A stretch of DNA of 49,373 nt from assembly GCA_043720495.1 (NCBI GenBank), contig JAYSSO010000010.1, forward strand, positions 1-49,373, in the 5' to 3' direction. Origin of the DNA: Candidatus Lloydbacteria bacterium (GTDB taxonomy: Bacteria > Patescibacteriota > Minisyncoccia > Phycocordibacterales > UBA6899). The notes under the pieces were generated by a model. That model was not told where the DNA came from, ran no database searches, and saw nothing but the letters and a program-made list of their open reading frames with translations. The position numbers and the translations under genes were made by a program. How positions within the stretch are numbered: the stretch's first letter is position 1; every line of letters begins with the position of its first letter. Shown in pieces: positions 7,713 through 16,411 of this stretch.

Positions 7713-8936
7713 ATGAACTCGCGGTTTATGTCACTTTTCGACAACAAATTTTTTGTGCTACTTGGCACCATTTATGATTTGGTCACCATGACAGCCTTCC
7801 TGTGGGCACCGATACTGCTGGTGTGGCTCGCGCAGAAGTTGTGGTTTGCATACATTCGGGCCGACTATATTCGTAAGAGTTTTGATTTTATAATACTTGA
7901 AGTGCGACTTCCGCGCGTCATCGATAAAACTCCACTTGCGATGGAACTCGTGCTCCAGGCGCTCTACCAGGGAGGCACCGGCAACTGGCTGGAACAATGG
8001 TGGGGAGGAAAAGTGAAACCCTGGTTTTCTCTTGAGATTGTTTCGACAGAGGGTAGTGTAAAATTTCTTATACGTACGCCATCAAAATTTAAAAAAATTA
8101 TAGAAAGCCACATCTATGCGCAGTACCCTGCGATTGAAGTTGTGGAAGTAAAAGACTATGTTTCCCTTGCACCATATCTACATGAAGCAAATGAGTGGAG
8201 CATGTGGGGTTGCGAGTTCGGACTTACAAAACCTGATCCATATCCTATTAAAACATATGTGGATTATGGCCTCGATAAACAGGGAACAAAAGAAGAGTTT
8301 AAAAGTGACCCTATCACCTCAGTTATTGAATTTATGGGAAGCATAGGGCGTGGCCAGCAGATTTGGATGCAGATTCTCGTACAAGCCAATGGAGACCGAT
8401 ACAAAACTCACGGAAAATGGTTTGGTACACACGACTGGAAAGAAGAGGGAAAGCGCGTGATTAAGGACTTACAGGCAAAGACAGGAGCAGATGATGCGAA
8501 ACCATCAAAGGGGGATATGGAGGCAGTGTCCGCCATTGAGCGCTCACTTTCCAAAATTGGTTTTGATTGTGGTATTCGCACGCTCTATATTGCAAAAAGA
8601 GAACAGTATGATCCTGCCAACATAGCGGGCATTACCGGTGCTTTTCGCCAATATAGTTCGCAAACCCTAAATGGTTTTAAGCCTGCCGATACAACAGGAT
8701 TTGATTACCCCTGGGAAGATTTTCGAGATTATCGTCTAAATAAAAAGAAGAAAAAGATGTTTGATGCATACGTACGCAGGTCATACTTTTATGCACCACA
8801 CAAGAAAAAACCTTTTGTGCTCAATTCCGAAGAGCTTGCAACCATATTTCATTTCCCTGGAGGTGTTGCAGAAACTCCGACCTTTGACCGCATCGAGTCT
8901 CGTAAAGCAGAGCCACCTGCAAATCTTCCGGTATGA
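7713..8936 (+). CDS. Conserved-looking hypothetical membrane protein, translationally coupled to mltG
   Basis: 407 aa with N-terminal TM segments and no Walker or catalytic motif seen. TATACT (7700-7705) lies 7 nt before the ATG. The stop overlaps the mltG start (ATGA at 8933). Confidence 0.65.
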   Translation: MNSRFMSLFDNKFFVLLGTIYDLVTMTAFLWAPILLVWLAQKLWFAYIRADYIRKSFDFIILEVRLPRVIDKTPLAMELVLQALYQGGTGNWLEQWWGGKVKPWFSLEIVSTEGSVKFLIRTPSKFKKIIESHIYAQYPAIEVVEVKDYVSLAPYLHEANEWSMWGCEFGLTKPDPYPIKTYVDYGLDKQGTKEEFKSDPITSVIEFMGSIGRGQQIWMQILVQANGDRYKTHGKWFGTHDWKEEGKRVIKDLQAKTGADDAKPSKGDMEAVSAIERSLSKIGFDCGIRTLYIAKREQYDPANIAGITGAFRQYSSQTLNGFKPADTTGFDYPWEDFRDYRLNKKKKKMFDAYVRRSYFYAPHKKKPFVLNSEELATIFHFPGGVAETPTFDRIESRKAEPPANLPV

Positions 8937-9949
8937 GTGAAGTAATGAACGATTTTGACCAAAAATTTGCTGATCAAGTCAGGCGATCTGAGCGGCGAGG
9001 GCGTACGTTAAAGATTATTTTTTTTGCTCTCATCCTCGACGTACTAGTCATTCCTGGTGCAGTTTTTTGGTACTTCTCTCTTCCGCCCTCGCCCACAAAT
9101 GAGGTAATAGTGGATATCCGCGCGGGGAGTACTGCTCGGGAAACGGCAACACAGCTTGAGGAGAGCAAGGTAATACGCTCAGCGCTACTCTTTCGTGCCT
9201 GGGTCCGCTATAAGAAAGTCGATACAACCCTTCCATCTGGCGTGTTTCTTTTCCAGCCGAATCAAAATCTATTTCAGGTGGTGGACCAACTTGCACGTCA
9301 AGAGCATGGCATAGAGCGTATGAAAATAACCATTCCTGAGGGACTTTCCACGAAGCAAATTTCCTCCGTGATTGGTGCACAGCTGCCACATTTTGATAGT
9401 GAACAGTTTTTTGTAGCTGTCGAGAAGCCGGGAGTTTATATATTTCCAGATACATATTTCTTTTACACCACTGCAACGAGTGGAGAGGTATTTATGGTCA
9501 TGACTGAAAATTTTCGCATAAAAACGGATTCGTACATGAATGAATCCGTCGCTATCGGAAAAAATTGGAGCGACATCATCACCATGGCCTCGCTTATCGA
9601 AGAAGAGGCAGTCCTCGATGTTGATCGTAAAATAGTTTCAGGGATTTTATGGAACCGTATTAAACTGGGCATGCGCTTACAAGTTGATGCCTCCTTCTCC
9701 TATCTTTTGGGAAAGACATCTGCTGAGGTAACCGAGAGTGACTTTGACGTTGATTCACCATACAACACCTACAAATACGCCGGACTTCCACCTGGACCCA
9801 TCTCTCACCCCGGGCTTTCTACTATTGAATCAGCGCTCCACCCGACCGACACACCGTATCTCTACTACCTCTCAGATGATGACGGCAACATGCATTACGC
9901 TAAAACTTTTGCTGAACATAAGTTAAATAAAGCGCGTTATCTCAGATGA
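8933..9949 (+). CDS. mltG: Endolytic murein transglycosylase MltG (YceG-like)
   Basis: 338 aa with an N-terminal TM and the hallmark 'YNTYKYAGLPPGPISHPGLSTIESALHP'. Confidence 0.9.
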   Translation: MSEVMNDFDQKFADQVRRSERRGRTLKIIFFALILDVLVIPGAVFWYFSLPPSPTNEVIVDIRAGSTARETATQLEESKVIRSALLFRAWVRYKKVDTTLPSGVFLFQPNQNLFQVVDQLARQEHGIERMKITIPEGLSTKQISSVIGAQLPHFDSEQFFVAVEKPGVYIFPDTYFFYTTATSGEVFMVMTENFRIKTDSYMNESVAIGKNWSDIITMASLIEEEAVLDVDRKIVSGILWNRIKLGMRLQVDASFSYLLGKTSAEVTESDFDVDSPYNTYKYAGLPPGPISHPGLSTIESALHPTDTPYLYYLSDDDGNMHYAKTFAEHKLNKARYLR

Positions 9950-9960
9950 ATTAATAAAAA

Positions 9961-9980
9961 AATCGCCAAATCTGGCGATT
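9961..9980 (-). terminator. Hairpin with its T-tract on the minus strand
   Basis: AATCGCCA (9961-9968) pairs with TGGCGATT (9973-9980). An A-run at 9954-9960 gives a U-tract for a minus-strand transcript. Confidence 0.55.
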
Positions 9981-9991
9981 GACACTTACCA

Positions 9992-10138
9992 CTAGGGTCT
10001 CTTCAAGAACCCCCAAATCGATCCCGTCACTACTCCAGCGCCAATTGCTAACCAGATGTTAAGGTCGTCACCCAGCAAATTGGCCGTTAATCCGAAGACA
10101 GTGCCGAGCACGACTCCCACAATCAAAGAAGTCTTCAT
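9992..10138 (-). CDS. Candidate 48-aa glycine-zipper small membrane protein
   Basis: Hand-translated: MKTSLIVGVVLGTVFGLTANLLGDDLNIWLAIGAGVVTGSIWGFLKRP. It is followed by a minus-strand terminator. No clear SD. Confidence 0.4.
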   Translation of the reverse strand: MKTSLIVGVVLGTVFGLTANLLGDDLNIWLAIGAGVVTGSIWGFLKRP

Positions 10139-10206
10139 TCCATTCTACTGCTTGAACCACACCCCTCAGCATTCAATACGTAGTAGACTGCTTTGTCAAA
10201 CACCAT

Positions 10207-10235
10207 TTGTGTTAATGAATAAATGATATTAGTAT
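10207..10235 (+). promoter_or_regulatory. Promoter of murC (leaderless geometry)
   Basis: TTGTGT (10207-10212), 17-nt spacer, TAGTAT (10230-10235), then 7 nt to the ATG at 10243. Confidence 0.5.
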
Positions 10236-10242
10236 TCACCTT

Positions 10243-11607
10243 ATGGAGATTTCTGAGATTAAAAAAGCGCATTTTATTGGCGCGAGTGGGATAGGAGTGT
10301 CTGCGATAGTTCGACTTTTTGCCCTGAAGGGAATCGTGGTGACTGGGTCTGATGTCGTGCTTCCCCCTGCGGGCCTACTTCCCGCGGGGAAATATTACGA
10401 GGGTCACAACGCGTCGTATGTAGATAGTGACACCACACTCGTCATTTATTCTCCGGCAGTGCCACCGACAAACCCCGAGCGCATGCGCGCAAAGGAACTA
10501 GGTATTACCGAACTTTCTTATCCTGACACACTCGCACTGGTGACTCGTGGCCACCCCACTATCGCTGTATCAGGAACGCACGGTAAATCGACTACGACTG
10601 CGCTGATGGGAAAGCTTTTTGAGGCGGGAGATTTCGATCCGTCGATAATTGTTGGAGCTGAGGTTGATGGGTGGAACCATAATTTTCGACACGGAAATGG
10701 GGACATGTTTATTGTTGAAGCATGTGAGTATCGCAGGCATATGCTCTGCCTCTCACCCCAAGCAATAGTGCTTACGAACCTGGAACTTGATCACCCGGAT
10801 TACTATCGAGACCTCGCCGACATCAAGCAGGCATTTACTGACTATATTGCAAAACTGTCGGGAGAAGATTTGCTCATCTACAATGCTGATGATAATAATT
10901 TGCGTGATGTGACAAGAGGTTATGACGCCATCACGGTGCGATTTGGCATTGGCGAGGGGTCTGACTTGTATGCAAAAAATGTATTTGTCACAGAGGATAC
11001 ACAGTCTTTTGATTTAGTGTGGAAGGGAACACCGATCGGCAATTTTACCACATCCCTCCCAGGACTTTATAATATTTACAACATACTTGCGGCGGTCGCA
11101 GCGTATCTTGCCTACGGGGGAAACATGAATCATATTCAATCTGTGCTCTCACACTTTCACGGCGTGGGGAGACGCTTTGAGGTGCTGGGGACACACGAAG
11201 GCAAGGTGGTGATTTCTGACTATGCGCACCATCCGACGGCACTTTCTGCTGTTATTTCAACGGCGATATTTCGCTACCCCAATAAGCGTATTCTCACCGT
11301 CTTTCGACCACACCACAAAGAACGCACCATAAAGCTATTTGACGCATTCGTCGGCAGCTTGCTACTAGCGAGTGAAATGATTCTTGTGGAAATCTATGAT
11401 GTTCCCGGACGCGAAGAAGACATCGTGGTCAGTTCGCGAGACTTAATTCAAGAGGTGCATAAATTTGATCCGAGAAAAGATATCACCTATGCAAAGGACC
11501 TCGCAGATGCAGAGGAGCAGATTCGCAGTCGTGCACACGAATGTGATGTCATTATGGTAATTGGCGCCGGAGATGCCGACCAGCTCGCAGGGAAGCTCAT
11601 TGCTTAA
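10243..11607 (+). CDS. murC: UDP-N-acetylmuramate--L-alanine ligase
   Basis: 454 aa. N-terminal Rossmann 'HFIGASGIGVSAIVRLFALKGIVVTGSD', the 'AVSGTHGKSTTTAL' P-loop, and Mur ligase middle and C-terminal domains. Confidence 0.92.
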   Translation: MEISEIKKAHFIGASGIGVSAIVRLFALKGIVVTGSDVVLPPAGLLPAGKYYEGHNASYVDSDTTLVIYSPAVPPTNPERMRAKELGITELSYPDTLALVTRGHPTIAVSGTHGKSTTTALMGKLFEAGDFDPSIIVGAEVDGWNHNFRHGNGDMFIVEACEYRRHMLCLSPQAIVLTNLELDHPDYYRDLADIKQAFTDYIAKLSGEDLLIYNADDNNLRDVTRGYDAITVRFGIGEGSDLYAKNVFVTEDTQSFDLVWKGTPIGNFTTSLPGLYNIYNILAAVAAYLAYGGNMNHIQSVLSHFHGVGRRFEVLGTHEGKVVISDYAHHPTALSAVISTAIFRYPNKRILTVFRPHHKERTIKLFDAFVGSLLLASEMILVEIYDVPGREEDIVVSSRDLIQEVHKFDPRKDITYAKDLADAEEQIRSRAHECDVIMVIGAGDADQLAGKLIA

Positions 11608-11615
11608 ACTTTTTT

Positions 11616-12032
11616 ATGGAACTACAGGTTGGAGTAAAAATATTTTTAATCAATGAGTACGGGAAGTATCTCACCATTAAACGCTCACCCGTAAAATATC
11701 CGGGAATCAAGGGTGCCTGGGACATCGTGGGAGGGAGAATCGAAAAGGGAACTTCGCTTATTGATAATCTCCGCCGTGAGGTACGTGAGGAAACTCGACT
11801 GGTGATAACTTCCGAGCCCCAATTAATTTTTGCTCAAGACATTTTGCGTGGAAATGATCGCCACGTGGTCCGACTATCGTACGTAGGGAAAACAGAGGGT
11901 GAACCGGTGCTTGATCTTAGTGAAAATGTTGAATACCAATGGCTTACGTTTGCTGAACTGAAACAGCAACATGATCTTGATTTTTATGTAAATGAAGTAA
12001 TTACTAGTGGTATTATGGATTCACACATATGA
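11616..12032 (+). CDS. NUDIX hydrolase
   Basis: 138 aa with the Nudix box 'GGRIEKGTSLIDNLRREVREETRL'. Confidence 0.85.
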   Translation: MELQVGVKIFLINEYGKYLTIKRSPVKYPGIKGAWDIVGGRIEKGTSLIDNLRREVREETRLVITSEPQLIFAQDILRGNDRHVVRLSYVGKTEGEPVLDLSENVEYQWLTFAELKQQHDLDFYVNEVITSGIMDSHI

Positions 12033-12586
12033 AAAATCACACGCTTGCTTTTTTTGATCTCGAGATGACCGGCCTCGATCCGTTTGATCACGAAATTTTT
12101 GAAATTGGAATTGTGCTTGCTTCTCAAAATGAAAATGAAGCAGGCAGGAAGACCCTTCTGAAGATATCCGAACACAACATTCAGCTTATACCCACACATC
12201 TTGAAACTGCCGATCCAAAAGCGCTTGAGATAACCAGGTACCATGCGCGTGACTGGAGTCTTGCTGTGCCACAGAAAGAGGGACTAGAGATGGCGGCAAA
12301 GTTTATCGATGGTACAGTCCTCGTTGCGCAAAATGTAGCTGGAGACTGGGCATTTCTCGTGAAGTCGGGAAGAAAGTACGGAGTAGATTTTAACAAAGCG
12401 ACACACTACCATCGCCTTGACCTTGCCTCTATGGTTTTTGGAAAACTGTACCATGATCCAAAATTATTTAAGTTTAGCTTACGTGAGCTCACGGAGTACT
12501 TCGAAGTAAAGAACATGGATGCACACACTGCACTCTCCGACGCCCGAGCAACATTCGAGGTCTGCAAGAAACTTCTCGCTCTTTAA
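12029..12586 (+). CDS. DEDDh 3'-5' exonuclease (DnaQ/epsilon-like)
   Basis: 185 aa with ExoI 'FFDLEMTGL', ExoII 'AQNVAGDWAFL' and ExoIII 'HTALSDARATFEV'. Its start overlaps the NUDIX stop (ATGA). Confidence 0.85.
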   Translation: MKNHTLAFFDLEMTGLDPFDHEIFEIGIVLASQNENEAGRKTLLKISEHNIQLIPTHLETADPKALEITRYHARDWSLAVPQKEGLEMAAKFIDGTVLVAQNVAGDWAFLVKSGRKYGVDFNKATHYHRLDLASMVFGKLYHDPKLFKFSLRELTEYFEVKNMDAHTALSDARATFEVCKKLLAL

Positions 12587-12633
12587 AATTACGTTAAGAT
12601 GGACGACCGTCTAGCTTAACATAATTTTATGAA

Positions 12634-12668
12634 AAGAAACCGTAGTAATGCGGTTTCTTGCTCTTTTT
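12634..12668 (+). terminator. Rho-independent terminator
   Basis: AAGAAACCG (12634-12642) pairs with CGGTTTCTT (12651-12659), followed by GCTCTTTTT. Confidence 0.7.
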
Positions 12669-12839
12669 AAGATGCTTGCACCAAAGGCCCGGGCGAAAGT
12701 AATGCACTGCCCTTATTTCGCAAACACTGAGCCTAAATGTCTTGATTGCTTCTCGAGCGATATCCATGATGATTCCAAGTGGTTCTTATTTGAAGACACA
12801 CCACTTGTATGACTATGTCAAACATGCTAAATTCACACG

Positions 12840-13958
12840 GTGAATATTAAACAAAAGGTATTTGTCGGCATGAGCGGGGGAGTGGACTCCTCGGTTTCGG
12901 CTGCGCTTCTGCAGAAGGAGGGGTACGAAATTGTCGGGGTGTTTATCAAAGTCTGGCAGGCGGATTTTTTGCCATGTACTTGGCGCGAGGAACGTCGTGA
13001 AGCAATGCGTGCGTGTGCACACCTGGGGATTCCCTTTCTCACGCTTGACCTCGAAAAAGAATACAAAGAAGGAGTCGTGGACTATATGATTCGCGAATAT
13101 AGCGACGGGAGGATTCCCAACCCTGATGTGATGTGCAACAAACATGTAAAATTTGGTGCATTTCTTGATTTTGCAAAAAAAAATGGAGCGGGTTTTATCG
13201 CTACCGGGCATTACGCTCAAGTAGCAACATCTGCGGACAAATTCCAAGGTCGCACCTTGCTGAGCCAAGGAACGACCTTTGGTCCGCCACATAAGTACAA
13301 TTTACAAATGGGAGTGGATAAGGAAAAGGACCAGTCGTATTTTCTGTGGACACTTACACAAGAACAGCTTGCACATACACTATTTCCCGTTGGAGGGTTA
13401 GTAAAAAGTGAGGTGCGTAAACTCGCAAATGAATTCGGACTTCCCAATGCGGAAAAGAAAGATAGCCAAGGACTCTGTTTTATGGGCCCGGTGAATATCA
13501 AGGACTTTCTCGCACACTATGTTGATGCAAAAGAGGGTGATGTGTTGAATGAGGTGGGTGAGGTGGTGGGTAGGCACGACGGAGCACTCTTCTATACGAT
13601 AGGACAGCGCCACGGCTTTCGTACCAACAAGCAAGTAATAAACACAGACGCGCTATATGTACTAAGTAAGAATATGGATGAAAATACACTAACAGTGGGC
13701 GGTCGCGAAGCACATGCTTTGGGAAAAACAGAATTTAGCGTTCGTGAGCTGAATGTGAGTGGAGTGGGAGAGCAGATAACTTGCAAAGCACGAGTGCGGT
13801 ATCGCGGACCACTTCGTGAAGCTGTGCTTGTGCGCACTAGCGAGGTTGATGGCACTGTGTCGTTTGCGGGCACTGGTGATGATGCAATTGCTCCGGGTCA
13901 GTCTGTTGTTTTCTATCTTGATGAAGAATGTCTGGGTGGAGGGGTAATCGCGCTGTAA
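12840..13958 (+). CDS. mnmA: tRNA 2-thiouridine(34) synthase MnmA
   Basis: 372 aa with a GTG start. 'VFVGMSGGVDSSVSAALL' PP-loop, plus 'DQSYFL' and 'GLCF' motifs. Confidence 0.92.
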   Translation: MNIKQKVFVGMSGGVDSSVSAALLQKEGYEIVGVFIKVWQADFLPCTWREERREAMRACAHLGIPFLTLDLEKEYKEGVVDYMIREYSDGRIPNPDVMCNKHVKFGAFLDFAKKNGAGFIATGHYAQVATSADKFQGRTLLSQGTTFGPPHKYNLQMGVDKEKDQSYFLWTLTQEQLAHTLFPVGGLVKSEVRKLANEFGLPNAEKKDSQGLCFMGPVNIKDFLAHYVDAKEGDVLNEVGEVVGRHDGALFYTIGQRHGFRTNKQVINTDALYVLSKNMDENTLTVGGREAHALGKTEFSVRELNVSGVGEQITCKARVRYRGPLREAVLVRTSEVDGTVSFAGTGDDAIAPGQSVVFYLDEECLGGGVIAL

Positions 13959-14010
13959 GTATTCTGTACTACCTTGAGGTATACTTCACGCCTGTGGTAT
14001 CATGGTGTGT

Positions 14011-14511
14011 ATGAATAACATATCAATTGTTATCGGTGTCGTTTCGGCTGTTGTTATTGCCGTGGTGTTATTCTTGTATCCTCCATTGCAAGCCGAGATG
14101 CCAGTACTTTCAAATCTTGAAAAAAATGTACCACAAATAACGACAAATATTACTACTCAACCTATCACATCTATGCAAAACACTACCTCGGGACTTATCA
14201 TTGAAATCATCACTCCCGGAGCAGGACCAGAGGTCGCCTCAGGTCAGACTGTAGCGGTTGACTATACTGGAACGTTTACGGATGGTAAGGTTTTTGACTC
14301 AAGCATTCCCCGGGGACAACCACTTACACTTAAACTCGGTAGCGGTCAGGTGATCAAGGGCTGGGACTTGGGCATTGTAGGAATGAAAGTTGGAGAGGTG
14401 CGCAAACTCACAATTTCACCTGAGCTTGCCTACGGATCAGCAGGAGCGGGTGGAGTTATTCCTCCAAATGCAACATTGGTTTTTGAAGTAACACTTAAGG
14501 TGATTCAATAA
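14011..14511 (+). CDS. Membrane-anchored FKBP-type peptidyl-prolyl cis-trans isomerase
   Basis: 'VAVDYTGTFTDGKVFDSS...LGSGQVIKGWDLGIVGMKVGEVRKLTISPELAYG...IPPNATLVFEVTL' is a canonical FKBP domain. An alternative in-frame start exists at 14002. I prefer 14011 because TGgTATCAT (13995-14003) sits 7 nt upstream. Confidence 0.88.
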   Translation: MNNISIVIGVVSAVVIAVVLFLYPPLQAEMPVLSNLEKNVPQITTNITTQPITSMQNTTSGLIIEIITPGAGPEVASGQTVAVDYTGTFTDGKVFDSSIPRGQPLTLKLGSGQVIKGWDLGIVGMKVGEVRKLTISPELAYGSAGAGGVIPPNATLVFEVTLKVIQ

Positions 14512-14514
14512 TAT

Positions 14515-14964
14515 ATGGTGAAGTGGATAGGATTCGTCGTGCTCATCATATCGGGATCGGTGCTGGGGATTCTCTATCTTCAGGTGAAGCAACTTGAGCA
14601 AAACCCAGCTAGTCTACCGGCCCCGGTAAGTGAAAATAGTGTGCGTATTGCTCACTCCTATCGTGACGGTGCACATCGGTATGCGGGAATACTGTATCTT
14701 CCAAATTCCTGTCACGAGGTGACTGCAGTGGTCGTTCAGGATTCTAAAATATTTGAAAATTTTGAGCTACGGGTCACAATGAAGGACAAACAAATGGAGA
14801 CTGCTTTTTGCTCGCAGATAAGGTCACAGTATCAGTTTTCCGCAACACAAGAAGGGCCACAAAAGGTGAACCTCGTATTTTTGTTGAACGGAAGGGAAAA
14901 AGCATTTACTCTGAGTGAAGGTTCATGGCAAAATGACGGAGCTTCACTTGATGTTGGAAATTAA
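14515..14964 (+). CDS. Hypothetical membrane-anchored protein
   Basis: 149 aa with an N-terminal TM (WIGFVVLIISGSVLGILYL). It sits 3 nt downstream of the FKBP gene. Confidence 0.6.
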   Translation: MVKWIGFVVLIISGSVLGILYLQVKQLEQNPASLPAPVSENSVRIAHSYRDGAHRYAGILYLPNSCHEVTAVVVQDSKIFENFELRVTMKDKQMETAFCSQIRSQYQFSATQEGPQKVNLVFLLNGREKAFTLSEGSWQNDGASLDVGN

Positions 14965-14988
14965 AGATACATTCAAATTGAGAATTTT

Positions 14989-15831
14989 ATGGCGCAAGAT
15001 CAAATTTCAATAGTAAAAGCTTCAGGGGATATTGAGGCATGGGATCCAAAGAAACTAGAGAGTTCACTCCAAGCAGTAAAAGCGCCAAAAGAATTGATAG
15101 ATGAGATTATCAAGCACATAGAGAAGGATGTGGCTGATGGAATGACGACTGAGCACATTTATCAACATGCACTCCTTTTGCTGAAACGGTATGATAGTCC
15201 TGTTGCTGCGGAATATAGTTTGAAGCGAGCTATTATCTTGCTTGGCCCCTCGGGGTTTCCATTTGAGCGTTTTGTTTCGCATATTTTGCGTGCACAGGGA
15301 TATCAGACGAAAGTTGGGGTAATGGTACAAGGTGCATGCGTGACGCATGAGGTGGATGTTGTTGCGGAAAAGGATGACGAGCGTATTTTGGTAGAGGCAA
15401 AATTTCACAACTCTCCTGAAATTAAGTCCGATGTGAAAGTGGCACTCTATGTGAAGGCGCGATTTGATGATATTCAAAAAAGATTTGAACAAACTGATGA
15501 GGGTGAGCGTTATAATCGTGCGTGGCTCATCACCAATACGCGCTTTTCTTCACAGGCAATCACCTACGGCAATTGCGTAGGCCTTTCGCTTACTGGCTGG
15601 AATCATCCGGCAAATCACACACTCCAGGACCTCATTCGTAATACAAAGACGCATCCCATTACATGCCTCACTACGCTTTCTGTTGCACAAAAAAATCAAT
15701 TATTGACGGAGGGAACCGTCCTTTGTCGCGAGGTTCTGGATAACCCTGCGAAACTTATGCGGATAGGGTTGAGTAGTGCAAGCATTAAGTCAGTCATCGA
15801 CGAGGGCTTGCGTTTGTGTCCCGTGGAATGA
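14989..15831 (+). CDS. ATP-cone domain fused to an Mrr-like PD-(D/E)xK nuclease domain
   Basis: The N-terminal 'ISIVKASGDIEAWDPKKLESSL...MTTEHIYQHALLLL' is ATP-cone-like. It is followed by 'FERFVSHILRAQGY...HEVDVVAEKDDERILVEAKFHN', which carries the (D..E.K) nuclease core. Confidence 0.7.
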   Translation: MAQDQISIVKASGDIEAWDPKKLESSLQAVKAPKELIDEIIKHIEKDVADGMTTEHIYQHALLLLKRYDSPVAAEYSLKRAIILLGPSGFPFERFVSHILRAQGYQTKVGVMVQGACVTHEVDVVAEKDDERILVEAKFHNSPEIKSDVKVALYVKARFDDIQKRFEQTDEGERYNRAWLITNTRFSSQAITYGNCVGLSLTGWNHPANHTLQDLIRNTKTHPITCLTTLSVAQKNQLLTEGTVLCREVLDNPAKLMRIGLSSASIKSVIDEGLRLCPVE

Positions 15832-15895
15832 AAAATCAGCTTTCCGTATGGGGTGTGGTTGTCGTAAATTTCAGGAAGCGTATACTGTTACCTAC

Positions 15896-16411
15896 ATGGA
15901 ATTATTTGCCGTTTCGGATTGGGAGATACTCGTTCGACTTACCGTGGCTGTTGTGCTTGGCCTTGCGGTTGGGGCAGAGCGTTCACGGGTTGGAAAACGT
16001 GCGGGCATGCGTACGTATGCACTGGTGTCCCTGGGAGCAGCCCTCTTTATCGTCATCGCGGGTGTCGTTTCAGAACAGTATCAAGATACATTTGTTTTTG
16101 ATCCACTCCGCGTTGCTTCGCAGGTGGTTGTCGGTATCGGATTCCTTGGAGCTGGGGTGATTTATGTGCAACGAAACGTACTGACTGGGTTGACCACCGC
16201 GGCGGGTCTTTGGGTCGTCGCTGGCGTCGGTGCTGCGTGTGGATATGGACTGTATGTTATCGCTACGTTTGTTACCTTACTTGTGCTTGTTGTTTTTGAA
16301 GTACTTTGGTACGTGGAAGAGCGTTTTATTAAAACCGCACGAACAGATATTGAGGAGGATTTCATACAAAGTGCACGACGTGGTCGGCAACACAATGAAG
16401 ACGAAAATTAG
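15896..16411 (+). CDS. mgtC: MgtC/SapB family membrane protein
   Basis: 'ILVRLTVAVVLGLAVGAERSRVGKRAGMRTYALVSLGAALF' is the MgtC signature. I chose the ATG at 15896. TATACT (15881-15886) lies 9 nt upstream. Confidence 0.85.
   Translation: MELFAVSDWEILVRLTVAVVLGLAVGAERSRVGKRAGMRTYALVSLGAALFIVIAGVVSEQYQDTFVFDPLRVASQVVVGIGFLGAGVIYVQRNVLTGLTTAAGLWVVAGVGAACGYGLYVIATFVTLLVLVVFEVLWYVEERFIKTARTDIEEDFIQSARRGRQHNEDEN

Noticed and set aside
12672-12812. 46-aa ORFs on both strands in the exonuclease-mnmA intergenic region. The plus-strand one has a CPxx...CxxC pattern.
   Set aside because: There is no RBS or leaderless -10 signal. The minus-strand ORF runs through the terminator hairpin. The evidence is insufficient.
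12813-13292. 159-aa ORF antisense to the 5' part of mnmA
   Set aside because: The sense strand encodes the conserved PP-loop region of MnmA. The antisense protein has no recognisable features.
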